Shown: positions 39,050 to 50,134, numbered from the stretch's first letter. The stretch: DNA of 64,000 nt from Sedimentisphaerales bacterium (GCA_963708075.1 OY970194.1:7264001-7328000), one strand, 5' to 3'. A program made the numbers and translations. Notes: generated by a model not told the origin, from the letters alone.

Positions 39050-41641
39050 TGCGCTCGGGACGAATCTCTTTGTTTGCAGGCCAGCCTGTGGCGGAACGGC
39101 TCGACCGCGTCATCGAGATTCTGCTGATCGCACTGCTGGCGTTCAGCCCGCTGGCACTGGGGGTCGTACACGCCTGGAGTGAGCAGATCGTCATCATTCT
39201 CGCCGCAGCCATCAGTCTGGTATTCCTGGTGAAGCTCATGCTCAACGCGAGCGCATCGTTCGTCTGGTCCTGGGCGTATGTCCCCGTGGGAGCATTTGTT
39301 CTGGTCGTGGCCCTGCAACTGGCGCCTCTGCCATCGTCAATTGTCAGCGTCGTCTCTCCAAACACGGCGGCGACAAGGACGGAACTGCTGGCGGATTTGC
39401 CCGATTCGGAGCAACTGCTCTCCTCAATGACCTTGAGTTTCTATCCCAGCGCCACGCGACATGATCTTCGCCTGATCCTGGCGGTGGGGGCCGTCCTCAT
39501 CGTCGTGGCCAACGTCTATCGCCAGCCCCAGCGGATCAAGCGGCTTCTGACGGCCATTGCGGCCATCGGCGGAGCGATTGCTCTCCTGGCCCTGGCCCAG
39601 GACGTTGTGGGCAACGGCAAGATCTATTGGCTCGTGCCAACCTACGATCAGGCATCCTCCGGCACATTCATCAATCACAGCCATTACGGACAGTTCATGA
39701 ATCTGTCCATAGGGGCCGCCCTGGGCCTGCTGCTGGTCACACTGCATGAAGCATTCGATCGAGATCGGATCACACCAGCCAGAGTTGCCGAGTATCTCAG
39801 TTCTCCCGCAGGCAGGACGGCCAAGGTCCTGGTAGCCATGATGGTGCTGGGGGCCACCACGGTGTTCATCTCACTGACTCGGGGCGGAATGATCAGTATG
39901 CTCCTTGCCGCAACGTTCACCACATTGATGCTCAGTTGGCGCCAGGCGCTCAAGGGTCCGGGCTGGATCATGGTCCTGCTGGCGCTCGGGGCGTTTACTT
40001 GTATCCTGTACGTCGGTTTTGACCAGGTATACGACCGTCTTGCAACATTGCGAGATCTCCACGGGGCACAGTCCGGCCGCTGGCAGGTCGTCAAAGACAT
40101 CGCTCTGGCCTGGACCAGGTTTCCTCTCTTCGGCGTGGGCCTAGGCACCCACGGAGTGGTCTACCCGATGTTCGACCGTTCGACGACGGCGGCCCTGGCG
40201 ATGCACGCGGAGAATGAATATGCCCAGACCGCCGAGGAGAACCGGCCTGGCGGGCATTCTGGCCTTGGGCTGTCTCGCGGCCATCGTGTGGGCGCGATAT
40301 GGCAGGAGCATCAGCAGCAATTCTGTTCCCATTCGCTCGGCCGCTTATGGCCTGGGATTCGGCCTGCTTGCCGTCCTGGTTCACAGCCTCAGCGACTTCG
40401 GACAGCATTTGCCGGCCAACGCGATGCTCTCGGCAGTGTACTGTGGTCTGCTGATTGCGCTCGGTCACGCGGATCATCCAGGCAACCGGCATTTCCAGGG
40501 CTTGCCCAAGGGTGTGGCTGTCGTCGCCGCATGGCTGATCATTTTGCCCGGCGTTATTGGCATGTCGGGCTGGGCTCTGCTCGGTGCGAATCATGCTCGG
40601 ATCGCTGAGGCCAATTGGAACAAGGCGCTGACGGCGGAACGCCATTTGGAGGCGAGCAACTGGCAGGCAAACCAGGCGGCGTATGAATACCTGTTTACCC
40701 ATGCGATGGCTGCCGCACAGGCCGAATCCGACAACATCTACTATCAGCACTGGCTCGGGGTCTACAAATGGTTGTCGTTGACGCCCTATATTGATCCAAA
40801 CACGAAAGAATTAGGGCCGGAGGCGCTGTCATGGGCCAGGCAAATTGTGGACGAGCTGCACCAGGCTCGGCCTTTGTGCCCCACGTTTGGAGCCCTGTAC
40901 TGCGTCGTCGGCGAGATTGAGACGCTCGTGCTTGGCGACCCGAATGGCATAGAGCAGATTCGCAAGGGGTACCGGCTCGCTCCATGCGATCCAACCGTTT
41001 GCCTCGTGGCGGCACGGGTCGATATCGAAGAAGGCAAGACTGCGGATGCGTTTGCGAAGCTTGCTCGGTCTGTGCAATTGGATGAAAGCAGCTTCGAGCG
41101 GGCGGCACTATTGTGCATCAACGATCTGGATCGGGCGGATCTGGCATTGAAGCTCGCCGGAGATGATGCGGCTCGGCTTGCCCGTGTCGGAAGTTTGTTA
41201 GCCTCGTTGGATCACGGCTTGCCGGAGGCTTCCGCGACGGCTGATGCGCTCGATGCGAGCCACCACCAGGAACTTGTAGAGCGGGCCAGGGTCAAAGCGT
41301 TCGAGCAACTCAAAACGATGTGTGAGGCGTCCGATGCCCCCGCCTCGGCTCATGCGTCTCTGGCGAGCCTGTACCATCAGCAGAAGGATTATGAAGCGGC
41401 GATCCAGCACTATCGGCGTGCCGTGCAGTTGGATTATGACCAGTTCTATTGGCACTACACCCTGGCCACGCTGCTGGCACAGGTCGATCGCAACGACCAG
41501 GCGATTCATGAGGCGCGAATCTGCCTTCGCATTCGAGCAGACTATGCGCCTGCTAGACAGCTATTGGAAAATCTGATCGTCCGTCCCCCGACACCGCTGT
41601 CGCTTGAGACCGGTGGTGTTACACCGGGATACGCAGAGTAA
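39049..41641 (+). CDS. O-antigen ligase (Wzy_C) family membrane protein with C-terminal TPR region, +1 frameshift at about 40240
   Basis: Multiple TMs, GTFINHSH, SLTRGG, PLFGVGLGT, HAENEYAQ.AEE(T)G, VHSLSDF; C-terminal TPR-like helices; ORFs 38905-40608 and 40214-41641 join. Confidence 0.85.
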
Positions 41642-41777
41642 CCGGGGCGGCGCGCTCCGGACGTGTATCCCGCATCAGTGGAGCACGGGTCGGTTGTACA
41701 CCGACGGGAACGGAGTCTGCGCGAATGGCGTAGCAAAAAGGTTGGCCGGAATCTATTTTCAGTTCCTGGATAGTACC

Positions 41778-43277
41778 ATGGCAACGTACGTTATCATCTA
41801 CTGCAGCTCAGCGTTTCTGGCCGTGTTGATCACCCCGATCGTGATCCGGTTGGCTCATTGCGTCCGGGCGATCGATCTGCCGGGCGCGCGCAGCGTGCAC
41901 CAACGACCTGTTCCCAGGATCGGCGGTGTGGCAATCTTTCTATCTGCGATGTGTCCCCTGATTGCAGTGGTGCTCTTGAGCAGCACCGTGGACCACGCAT
42001 TCGAAGAGATGCGGCGAGAGATCACCATCCTGCTCTGCGCGGCCACGTTCATCTTCCTGATCGGTCTCGTGGACGACCTTAAGAATCTTCCCGCGCGCTT
42101 CAAGTTCCTCGCTGAGCTTCTGGCGGGCGCGGCTCTTTGTCTTGCGGGCGTCCGAATCTCGAACATCGCTCTCACGGACCATTGGATCCTTTCCCTGGGC
42201 GCCTGGGGGTGTGTGTTGACGATGCTGTGGGTTGTCGGAATTACGAATGCCGTCAACCTCAGCGACGGGCTGGACGGGCTGGCGGCGGGGATCTCCGCCG
42301 TCGCCTGCGGCACGATCGCGATCTTCGCCATCCACAGCGGCGATGTGGCCATGGGCGTATTCATGCTGGCCCTGGTGGGCAGCCTGAGCGGCTTTCTCGT
42401 CTTCAACTTCAACCCGGCCAAGGTCTTCATGGGTGATTGCGGCAGTCTGTTTCTTGGTTTCACCATCGCTTCCGCGAGCGTTCTATGCGTGGCGAAATCC
42501 GCCGCCCTGATGGGTCTGGCCCTGCCGGCGCTGGCCTTGGGAATCCCGATCTTCGATACCCTCTTTTCGATGCTGCGGCGATTTCTGGAGCGGCGCTCGC
42601 TGTTTGCTCCGGACCGCAGGCACATCCATCACCGCCTGCTCGATCTTGGTCTGCACCAGCGTCAGGCAGTGATGGCGATTCACCTGGCGACGCTGATTGC
42701 TGCGGGCCTGGGGTTGTTCATGATGGTCAATCAGAACGTCAGCTCACTGATCGTATTCGGCTGCGTACTGCTGTTGATCGTGCTTCTGTTCAGAGTGGTC
42801 GGCGCAGTCCGACTGGGAGAGACGATGACCCGATTGCGCCAGCGATACGCCATTTCACGGCAGCAGAAACAAGACAGGGAAGTCTTCGAGCACCTGCAGT
42901 TGCGGTTCCGTCAAGCCGACAACATCGTCCGCTGGTGGCAGACAGTGTGCGAGACGGCGCAACGGATGGGCTTTACGTGGGTATCGCTCAAGACAACCTA
43001 CCCGGACGGTCGCCTCGAGGAGAAACTCTGGCATTCGCCGCAGAGCTCTCCGGCCCGGCCCGGATTGATCATCATGACAATTCCATTCGGCGACGGGGAT
43101 CCCGCGGTCTCTCATCAGTTCGAGATTGCCATTTGCGTCTGCGGCTCGCTCGAGGCGACCGCCCAGAGAGCATCGCTCTTCAGCAGGCTCATTGATGAGC
43201 ATGAAGCAGCGGCCATGCCCTGGATGCCGGCAACCGAGACGATGTACAACGACATGCATGCTGGGAACAAGTCATGA
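41778..43277 (+). CDS. WecA/TagO (MraY family) undecaprenyl-phosphate GlcNAc-1-P transferase with a C-terminal soluble extension
   Basis: PVPRIGGVAI, GLVDDL, ITNAVNLSDGLDGL, NFNPAKVFMGDCGS, PDRRHIHHRL. Confidence 0.9.
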   Translation: MATYVIIYCSSAFLAVLITPIVIRLAHCVRAIDLPGARSVHQRPVPRIGGVAIFLSAMCPLIAVVLLSSTVDHAFEEMRREITILLCAATFIFLIGLVDDLKNLPARFKFLAELLAGAALCLAGVRISNIALTDHWILSLGAWGCVLTMLWVVGITNAVNLSDGLDGLAAGISAVACGTIAIFAIHSGDVAMGVFMLALVGSLSGFLVFNFNPAKVFMGDCGSLFLGFTIASASVLCVAKSAALMGLALPALALGIPIFDTLFSMLRRFLERRSLFAPDRRHIHHRLLDLGLHQRQAVMAIHLATLIAAGLGLFMMVNQNVSSLIVFGCVLLLIVLLFRVVGAVRLGETMTRLRQRYAISRQQKQDREVFEHLQLRFRQADNIVRWWQTVCETAQRMGFTWVSLKTTYPDGRLEEKLWHSPQSSPARPGLIIMTIPFGDGDPAVSHQFEIAICVCGSLEATAQRASLFSRLIDEHEAAAMPWMPATETMYNDMHAGNKS

Positions 43278-44221
43278 AGAAATTCGCCCTGATCGGTGCG
43301 GCTGGATATATTGCCCCGCGGCACATGAAGGCGGTCAAGGACACGGGCAACGATCTCGTGGCCGCCGTGGATAAGAACGATTCCGTGGGGATCATCGATT
43401 CCTACTTTCCAAACGCCCACTTCTTCACGGAGTTCGAGCGGTTCGACCGACACCTGGAGAAGCAAAGGCGGGAGAACGGCAGCAGGATCGACTACGTCTC
43501 GATCTGCTCGCCCAATTACCTCCACGATGCCCACATTCGTTTTGCCCTGCGGATCCAGGCCAATGCCATTTGTGAGAAACCCGTAGTGCTCAATCCGTGG
43601 AACGTCGAGGCCCTGCAGGAGATCGAGAAGGAGCAGGGCAGGACGGTTCACGTGATTCTGCAACTGCGCCTTCATCCGGCGATGGCGGCTCTGAAGCAGA
43701 AGATCGACTCGGAGGCAGCGGATCGCAAGTACGATATCGATCTGACCTACATTACATCGCGAGGCCGATGGTACGTGGTCTCCTGGAAAGGGGACGTCGA
43801 GAAATCCGGGGGCGTGGCTACGAATATCGGAATTCATTTCTTCGATATGCTCGAATGGATCTTCGGGCCTGTACAGTACAACATCGTTCACATGGAGCAG
43901 CCAACGAAGGCGGGCGGATTCCTGGAGTTGCGAAAAGCCCGCGTACGGTGGTTCCTCTCCATCGACAGGGATGATCTTCCCAATTCTCCGGAGGATGGAA
44001 AACCGGCCACATTCCGCTCGATCAAGATGAACGGTGAGGAGTTCGAATTTACCGAGGGTTTCGCAGACCTGCACACGAGGAGCTATGAAGAGATCCTGGC
44101 GGGCAGGGGATTTGGCCTGGACGATGCCAAACCGGCTATCGATATCGCTTCGAATATCCGTCGCAGCAGGCCTGTCGGATTGCGGGGCGACTACCATCCG
44201 ATGCTCAAGAAATCAAAGTGA
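43274..44221 (+). CDS. wbpB: UDP-N-acetylglucosaminuronate 3-dehydrogenase (Gfo/Idh/MocA family)
   Basis: FALIGAAGYIAPRH, DSVGIIDSYFP, SICSPNYLHDAH, CEKP, SGGVATNIGIHFFD. Confidence 0.88.
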   Translation: MKKFALIGAAGYIAPRHMKAVKDTGNDLVAAVDKNDSVGIIDSYFPNAHFFTEFERFDRHLEKQRRENGSRIDYVSICSPNYLHDAHIRFALRIQANAICEKPVVLNPWNVEALQEIEKEQGRTVHVILQLRLHPAMAALKQKIDSEAADRKYDIDLTYITSRGRWYVVSWKGDVEKSGGVATNIGIHFFDMLEWIFGPVQYNIVHMEQPTKAGGFLELRKARVRWFLSIDRDDLPNSPEDGKPATFRSIKMNGEEFEFTEGFADLHTRSYEEILAGRGFGLDDAKPAIDIASNIRRSRPVGLRGDYHPMLKKSK

Positions 44222-45570
44222 CCGGAAAGACCCTGCAGCGCACATCCATGGTACCATCCAGGACTGTCAGAATATTGCCCCTCTTGGCTGAACGTATTCG
44301 GGAATTGCTCTCACGATTTGTCCGTGATGAGGAACGCCCCTTTCTATCTCACGTGGTGCGCCTGGGCGGCGGAACAGCCGTCGGCCAATTGATCGTCGTG
44401 CTCTCTACACCCATCATCACCAGACTGTATACTCCTTACGAGATGGGGCTCTTCAGCCTGTTCCTTGCTTTCATCGGGTTTGTCTGGGTGGGGACAGGCC
44501 TGCGCTACGAGATGGCCGCGGTATCCGCTGATAACGATCAGGAGGCCGGCCTGCTCACCTGCGCCTCGATTCTTTCGTCGGTTCCCGTGGCGGTCCTGTT
44601 TGGCCTGGTTCTCCTGGTGATGATCCGGCTGAACGTCGTTTCCTATGGCACGCTACCGTATTGGAGCGTGCCTCTGGCCGTGTTCCTCTTGATCGCTGCT
44701 CAACTCCTCACGTCGTTGCGATACTGGTATGTGAGACGGTCTGAGTTCTCAACGATCGGCAAGGTTCTGATTGCCCAGGGATTTGGCAGAGCGATTGTGC
44801 CTGTGATTGCAGGAGTTGCCGGCCTGGGCTGGATCGGCCTCCTGCTTGGCGAAGCTGCCGGACGGCTGCTCGGCATCTACAGAATGGTGATGGGCACATG
44901 CCTGCCGTTCTCTGCCATCGCTCGCGGCAGCGGCTGTAGCCTGCTGCTCCAGGTCTGCAGGAAATACTGGAAGTTCCCTGTGGTCAACCTGCCGTCATCG
45001 CTGATCGATGGACTCGCTTTGGCGATTCCCTTTCCCATCGTCTCAAGACTATTTGGCATTGAAAAAGCCGGGTTGTTCTTCCTGGCCATGCGGTTGGGAA
45101 TGCTGCCTGCGTCGTTCATCACCGCCAGCGTCTCCGATGTATTCCATGCCCGCGTCTCCAATGACTACCGAGCCAATGCCGACAGGATACGGCATACCGT
45201 GCTCGACACGGCCAGGAAGATGCTCGCAGTCGGAGTGCTCGTGTACGTGCCCGTGGCTGTTCTGTCCCCTTGGGTCTTCAGCCGGGCGTTCGGGAAACCC
45301 TGGGCTCCTGCCGGCTGGGCGATGACGATTCTAGCCCCGCTCGCCCTGATAAGCCTGGTTGTGAGTCCGTTGAGCAGGCTTCTGCTCGTTGCCAACCGAC
45401 AAGGGGTCAAACTCATTGTCGATGCTCTGTTCCTCTGTCTGCCGCCGGCAGGCATGATCATCTGTCATCACTATTGTGGCGGCGGCTTTGAGATATCTCT
45501 CCTGGTGTATGTCCTCATAAGCGTCGTTCTGTACGGTCTGTATTTCGCCATCATCGTTTCGGTCAGTTGA
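44218..45570 (+). CDS. wzx: Oligosaccharide flippase
   Basis: About 12 hydrophobic segments; PIITRLYTP..G, LRYEMA, YWKFP, FG..W..AG. The start is uncertain. Confidence 0.8.
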   Translation: MTGKTLQRTSMVPSRTVRILPLLAERIRELLSRFVRDEERPFLSHVVRLGGGTAVGQLIVVLSTPIITRLYTPYEMGLFSLFLAFIGFVWVGTGLRYEMAAVSADNDQEAGLLTCASILSSVPVAVLFGLVLLVMIRLNVVSYGTLPYWSVPLAVFLLIAAQLLTSLRYWYVRRSEFSTIGKVLIAQGFGRAIVPVIAGVAGLGWIGLLLGEAAGRLLGIYRMVMGTCLPFSAIARGSGCSLLLQVCRKYWKFPVVNLPSSLIDGLALAIPFPIVSRLFGIEKAGLFFLAMRLGMLPASFITASVSDVFHARVSNDYRANADRIRHTVLDTARKMLAVGVLVYVPVAVLSPWVFSRAFGKPWAPAGWAMTILAPLALISLVVSPLSRLLLVANRQGVKLIVDALFLCLPPAGMIICHHYCGGGFEISLLVYVLISVVLYGLYFAIIVSVS

Positions 45571-45609
45571 ATACGGGAATCAGGAAGGGACTGTGGCAGG
45601 CATATCAAC

Positions 45610-47571
45610 GTGTGTGGCATTCTTGGCATCATAAGCGCCGGATCCGCAGGCATAGACGTTCAAGCCTCCGTGCGAGCTTTGCGGGCTCTTCGGCACCGTG
45701 GCCCGGACGATGAAGGGTATTTGCTGGTGGATTCGCGTTCGGCTCGCGTGTTGGCGTGCCGAGGGGAGGATACCGCCGGGGGGCTCCAGATGCCGGATAT
45801 CGCGGATCAAGACGGCGCCCGCTATGACATCATTCTCGGGCACCGGCGGCTCTCGATCATTGACATATCTGTCCGCGGCCACCAGCCCATGTCCAGCGCG
45901 GATGGACGGCTCTGGATCGTCTACAATGGCGAGGTGTACAATTACATCGAGCTCCGGCGGGAGCTGGAGAGAGATGGGATCCGTTTTGGCACCGCCACCG
46001 ACACGGAGGTGGTGCTGGCGGCATACCAGCGCTCGGGCGCATCCTGCCTCAATCGCTTTGTCGGAATGTTCGCGTTCGCCATTTACGACAGGGACAAGCG
46101 GGAGCTGTTTCTGGCTCGCGATGTCTTTGGAATCAAGCCCCTCTACTACACGTTGGTGGACGGCCGGTTTGCCTTCGGATCGGAAATCGCGGCACTGCTC
46201 GAGTTGCCGGGCGTCAAGCGAAGAGTGAATCCAAAGCCGCTCTATGAATACCTTCGATTCGGCATCACGGATGGCTCGAGTGAGACCTTGTTCGACGATA
46301 TACATGAACTGCCTCCTGCGCATTTCACCACGATTGCGGCGGACTCCCTGTCTGCCACAGATCCGACACGCTACTGGCGCATCGACCTGTCGCGCCGGGC
46401 CAGGATCTCCCAGCAGGATGCCGCGGTCGAACTCCGGCATCTTATCGAGCAGAGCGTTCATCTGCATATGAGGAGCGACGTGTCGCTGGGGACGTGTCTG
46501 TCCGGGGGACTGGATTCGACGGCCATTCTCATGCACATGGCCGCGAACGTCCATCCCGGACAGCAGGTGCACGGTTTCAGCTTCATTACCGAGGACCCTG
46601 TTCTGAGCGAGGACAGGTACGTGAATGTGGCACAGCAGGCGACGAATGCGATTTGCCACAAGGTATGTCCTCGCCCGGAGGAGCTCGCTGCCGATCTTGC
46701 CCGGCTGATCCGAATTCAGGAGTCGCCTTTCGCAGGCACCAGCATCTATGCACAGTACCGCGTGTTCCAGTTGGCTCGGGAAAGCGGCATGAAGGTGATG
46801 CTCGACGGCCAGGGCAGCGACGAGATTTTCGCCGGGTACCCCAGTTTCATCGGCTCTCGAGTCGCCGGGCTGCTGGCATCGGGCCGGCTTATCGCCGCGG
46901 TCCGAATCCTTCAACAATTCCCGGGGAACATGAAACAACATTTCCTACGCACGATTCTATCCTCTGCCGGCCGTCTTCTGCCTTCCTCTCTGGTCCCCCT
47001 CTGCCGGCACATCGCCCGTGAGCCTCTGTGGCCGGCATGGCTGAACCGGGGCTGGTTTGAAGATCGTGGTGTGTCAGCGGAAGAACGGCCCATAGGACGA
47101 GGCGGCGACGCATTACGGGAGGAACTGCTGCTGTCCGTCCTGAGAATCTCTCTGCCTCAACTGCTCCGGTATGAGGACAGGAACTCGATGTCCCATTCCA
47201 TCGAGAGTCGCGTGCCTTTCTGTGTCCCGTCGATCGCCGAGTTTGCATTCTCCTTGCCTGAGGAGATGCTAGTCTCTCCCACAGGCGACACAAAAGCCAT
47301 ATTGAAGACGGCCATGCAGGGCATCGTCCCGGACGCCATCATTCGTCGTGAGAAGGTGGGTTTTGGCACCCCGGAACGGCAATGGCTCTCGGCGGTACGT
47401 CCGTATGTGGAAGACACCGTAGTCCGCCAGGATGGCCTGCCGTTTCTCTGCAACGGGGGCCGGGTGGTCCAGAGTGCGATTGCGTCCGACGGTCGATGGC
47501 CAACCCACGCGTGGCGGATCTTCAACACCTGTATATGGGCCAGAAGCTTTCAGCTTGACTGCTCAGGCTGA
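45610..47571 (+). CDS. asnB: Asparagine synthase-like glutamine amidotransferase (sugar amidation, WbpS-type)
   Basis: MCGILG, HRGPDDEG, GHRRLSIID, NGEVYNY, LSGGLDS, DGQGSDE, EDRNSMSHSIESRVPF. Confidence 0.92.
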   Translation: MCGILGIISAGSAGIDVQASVRALRALRHRGPDDEGYLLVDSRSARVLACRGEDTAGGLQMPDIADQDGARYDIILGHRRLSIIDISVRGHQPMSSADGRLWIVYNGEVYNYIELRRELERDGIRFGTATDTEVVLAAYQRSGASCLNRFVGMFAFAIYDRDKRELFLARDVFGIKPLYYTLVDGRFAFGSEIAALLELPGVKRRVNPKPLYEYLRFGITDGSSETLFDDIHELPPAHFTTIAADSLSATDPTRYWRIDLSRRARISQQDAAVELRHLIEQSVHLHMRSDVSLGTCLSGGLDSTAILMHMAANVHPGQQVHGFSFITEDPVLSEDRYVNVAQQATNAICHKVCPRPEELAADLARLIRIQESPFAGTSIYAQYRVFQLARESGMKVMLDGQGSDEIFAGYPSFIGSRVAGLLASGRLIAAVRILQQFPGNMKQHFLRTILSSAGRLLPSSLVPLCRHIAREPLWPAWLNRGWFEDRGVSAEERPIGRGGDALREELLLSVLRISLPQLLRYEDRNSMSHSIESRVPFCVPSIAEFAFSLPEEMLVSPTGDTKAILKTAMQGIVPDAIIRREKVGFGTPERQWLSAVRPYVEDTVVRQDGLPFLCNGGRVVQSAIASDGRWPTHAWRIFNTCIWARSFQLDCSG

Positions 47572-47602
47572 GAATGACCATCAATTCTGTGCTATACCGC
47601 TC

Positions 47603-48871
47603 ATGAAGACATTTGATCTGCAGAAGTACCTTTCCTACGAGTTTGCTGTCACAGTGCTTGCGCTCTCATTCTGTATCGGCCCGCTCACCGCTTCGCTGAG
47701 CGAATTGCTCCATTTCTATTATTCCTCGCTGTACACGGCCGCGACCATGTATCTGCCTTTGCTGTTCTCTTTGACGGTGTTTGCGGCGATCAATCACAAA
47801 GCAGGGGAGCCCCTTCTGAACGCCAAAGGCGTCATTCTGCTGGGTTTCCTGTGTGGATTCTGGCTGATCAACTACTTCTACGAGATCAACCATGTCTCGA
47901 GATCGTCCTTGTCCGTGTACGATGGGAAGCGGATGTGGTTCTTTGTTCACGGGGTCCTGCTGTCCGGACTCATCGGTCTGCATGCGCCGAAAGACCCCAG
48001 GCGTTTCATCCGCCGTTTTCTGATCTCATTCTGCATCATATCCACCACCGCCTCTCTGTCGTATCTCCTTACATATCGGCCCGGGGAGAGTTTCGAGCGG
48101 CTTCTGGGGGAGCGGGCTCTTGGGGCCGGACTGGTAGGTTGTTACGGCGTGGCCTCGTGTCTGTCCCTGCTCTATCTTCACATGACGGACGGCCCAAGGT
48201 TTTCAGGTCGGTTGCTTGTTGCCCTGACCGGCGCGATTCTCATCGATGTTGCTGCCATCGCGCTTTCGGCTACGCGGGGAGCGGCACTATGTGCTCTGGC
48301 GAGCGTGATTGTGTTTGCGTGGATGGCGCGCCGATCGAAGCCTCTGCTTCCGACCGTTGCCTTCCTTGTCCTCCCCTTCATCTGCCTGGTCCCGGTTGTG
48401 AAGCCCTACATGCCTGAGGCGACGATGAAACGCCTGATGATGCAGGAACACGGGTTCGGCCTCCGTTTCGAACTCAGTCGAACCATGTTGGACCTGCTCA
48501 TCGAGCATCCGTGCGGGAGAGTCCTCGGATATGAGAACACCAAACTACGCATGGATTACTCGCACAATGCATTCCTTCAATATGTCGGGGAGGCTGGATT
48601 GCTGCAAACGACGCCGGTGTTGTTGGTCCTCCTGTATGGTGTGGCTCGAAACCTGGTCAGACATCGTGCCGATTTGCATGTGCGGGCTCTCGCACTTTTC
48701 GGATTGCCCGTTCTGATCGAGTCTTTCTCCGCGGGAAGCGCGTATGATTCGCTTCTGTGGTTCCTGCTGTTCTTCCTTTTTTCGTTGAGGAGAGATCCTC
48801 AAGGTGCAACCCAGTCCTCGTATGCGATGGGGTCCGCGTATGCGGCGACTCCCGCCTGGAACGCTGCGTGA
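47603..48871 (+). CDS. Probable O-antigen/polysaccharide polymerase (Wzy-like)
   Basis: 10-11 TMs, SATRG and YSHNAFLQYVGEAGL motifs, position inside a Wzx locus. Confidence 0.7.
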   Translation: MKTFDLQKYLSYEFAVTVLALSFCIGPLTASLSELLHFYYSSLYTAATMYLPLLFSLTVFAAINHKAGEPLLNAKGVILLGFLCGFWLINYFYEINHVSRSSLSVYDGKRMWFFVHGVLLSGLIGLHAPKDPRRFIRRFLISFCIISTTASLSYLLTYRPGESFERLLGERALGAGLVGCYGVASCLSLLYLHMTDGPRFSGRLLVALTGAILIDVAAIALSATRGAALCALASVIVFAWMARRSKPLLPTVAFLVLPFICLVPVVKPYMPEATMKRLMMQEHGFGLRFELSRTMLDLLIEHPCGRVLGYENTKLRMDYSHNAFLQYVGEAGLLQTTPVLLVLLYGVARNLVRHRADLHVRALALFGLPVLIESFSAGSAYDSLLWFLLFFLFSLRRDPQGATQSSYAMGSAYAATPAWNAA

Positions 48872-48875
48872 CCCG

Positions 48876-50066
48876 ATGGCTGACATGCCCGGTGTTATGA
48901 ATCCACCCGTTCACGTGTGTATTCTTACGAGCGCTCACCCGGTAGGCGACGTTCGTGTACACCACAAGTTTGCGCTCGCCTTTCTCCAGGAAGGTTTTCG
49001 CGTGACATGGGTAGGTCCGGACTACCGCTTCTCCGGGTCAGAAGCCTGCGAGGAGAATGGAATCGACTATCGTCTGTTTCGGCATGCAGGAGGGATGCTT
49101 GGCCGGCTGTCGGCGGCTGGGAAGTTGTACCGAAACGCCCGCCCGCTGTCCTGTGTCGATGTGTTCTATGCACCGGACCCGGATTCAGCCATGGTAGCCG
49201 TCCGGGTGGCGAGGAAGAACGGGGGCCGTGTCATATTCGATATCCACGAGGTCTACCACGGCGCCATGTTGCAGCGCTGGGTGAAGGGTTCCATGGCCAG
49301 GGTCGCTGGCAATGTCCTGCAGAGGCGGATATCGCGACTGTGCTCCCGCTGTGACCTGGTCGTGGGCGTCAGCCGGGCCGTGTTGGAGCCGTTCAGGGAA
49401 ACGCCGGCGGAGAAACTCGTCCTGCGAAGCTGTGCCCCGGCGTATTTCGCGCACGGACGATCAGCCGATGTCTGCCATCCGGGCAGAAATACATTCACCG
49501 TCATGCACGGCAAGGCGGATCTGAATCGAGGAACCGGCATAGTGCTGGAAGCCCTTCACCTGGCCCGAGAGCGACTGTCCGGGCTCAGGAGCATCATGTT
49601 CGACATGTTCGCAGGGGGGGCCGATGGCGCCGGCAGGAGAGCATTTCTCAGGCGAGCGGCGGACCTGCAGATCGAGGACGTTGTGGAACTGCACCCGGCA
49701 GTCCCGCTTCAGGACATGCCGGATATTCTCAGGAGGTGTGACGCCGGACTGATCGCGTATGGCAGGGAGTTGGGTGCGGACAGTCTCCCCAACAGACTCT
49801 TCGAGTATATGGCGGCAGGTCTGCCGGTGATCGCCCCGGAATACTCGACGGAGATCTGCCGCATCCTGTACGAGGATGGATGCGGAGTGGCTGCGGACTT
49901 CGAGAATCCATCCTCCATTGCCGCAGCGATCGTGGAACTGGCCCGGGACCCTGATCGGTGCCGCGAGATGGGCAGGAGAGCCCGTGAGGCATTTGAAAGC
50001 CGACATAATTGGGAAGTGGAAGTAAGGCCGCTATTGAATCGCATTCGAACGTGGATGTCCCAGTGA
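48876..50066 (+). CDS. Glycosyltransferase family 4
   Basis: LTSAHP..DVRV, IFDIHE, PNRLFEYMAAGLPVI. Confidence 0.88.
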   Translation: MADMPGVMNPPVHVCILTSAHPVGDVRVHHKFALAFLQEGFRVTWVGPDYRFSGSEACEENGIDYRLFRHAGGMLGRLSAAGKLYRNARPLSCVDVFYAPDPDSAMVAVRVARKNGGRVIFDIHEVYHGAMLQRWVKGSMARVAGNVLQRRISRLCSRCDLVVGVSRAVLEPFRETPAEKLVLRSCAPAYFAHGRSADVCHPGRNTFTVMHGKADLNRGTGIVLEALHLARERLSGLRSIMFDMFAGGADGAGRRAFLRRAADLQIEDVVELHPAVPLQDMPDILRRCDAGLIAYGRELGADSLPNRLFEYMAAGLPVIAPEYSTEICRILYEDGCGVAADFENPSSIAAAIVELARDPDRCREMGRRAREAFESRHNWEVEVRPLLNRIRTWMSQ

Positions 50067-50134
50067 GTAGTCCTGCGGGGGCCAACCGGTTCCTGCCCCG
50101 GATGCTCCCGTGCCTGCGCCATAGGAAAGCGTAT

